Below, piece after piece: positions 31,989 through 32,000 of a DNA stretch of 32,000 bases (position 1 is its first letter; each line of letters starts with the position of its first letter). The position numbers and the translations under genes were made by a program. The notes below the pieces were generated by a model. The model was not told where the DNA came from, did no database searches, and worked only from the letters and a program-made list of their open reading frames with translations. The stretch spans positions 1,050,001-1,082,000 of the forward strand of contig CP060262.1 of NCBI GenBank assembly GCA_022646745.1, in the 5' to 3' direction. Origin of the DNA: Planctomycetales bacterium. GTDB lineage: Bacteria; 4484-113; JAFGCY01.

Positions 31989-32000
31989 AGCAAATCTCCT

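Overview
High-GC bacterial chromosomal segment. The lineage cannot be named from sequence alone; it has a flagellar export gene and Gram-negative-type lipoboxes. Most coding content is housekeeping: the 3' end of flhB, an FG-GAP membrane protein, smc, a PpiD-like chaperone, yebC, meaB, tmk and a znuABC-type metal importer, plus a block of uncharacterised membrane and coiled-coil proteins. I saw no CRISPR array, transposase, integrase, tRNA/rRNA gene, or recognisable defence or toxin gene. Four things are not ordinary. (1) Three tandem paralogous lipoprotein genes (16990-24198, minus strand) share the architecture lipobox, unassigned N-domain, 2x PKD, Asp-box (BNR) beta-propeller. Each is preceded by GTGACAT direct repeats phased at exactly 10 bp, and two of them share a 49-nt near-identical RBS/signal-peptide block. 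(2) A 1.6-kb gene-free, hairpin- and repeat-dense gap (1946-3563) carries three same-strand terminator-like structures, making it a candidate ncRNA locus. (3) Degenerate tandem heptamer arrays sit directly after stop codons at 2603, 7320 and 9801-10009, one of them with strong G-quadruplex potential. A related hexamer-like repeat lies at 31502. (4) An AT-richer Avd-like four-helix-bundle gene lies at the right edge. I could not assign any multi-gene block to a known system. My best candidates for something undescribed are the co-regulated lipoprotein triplet and the ncRNA-like gap. All functional readings of these are inference and need database or experimental checks that I could not run.
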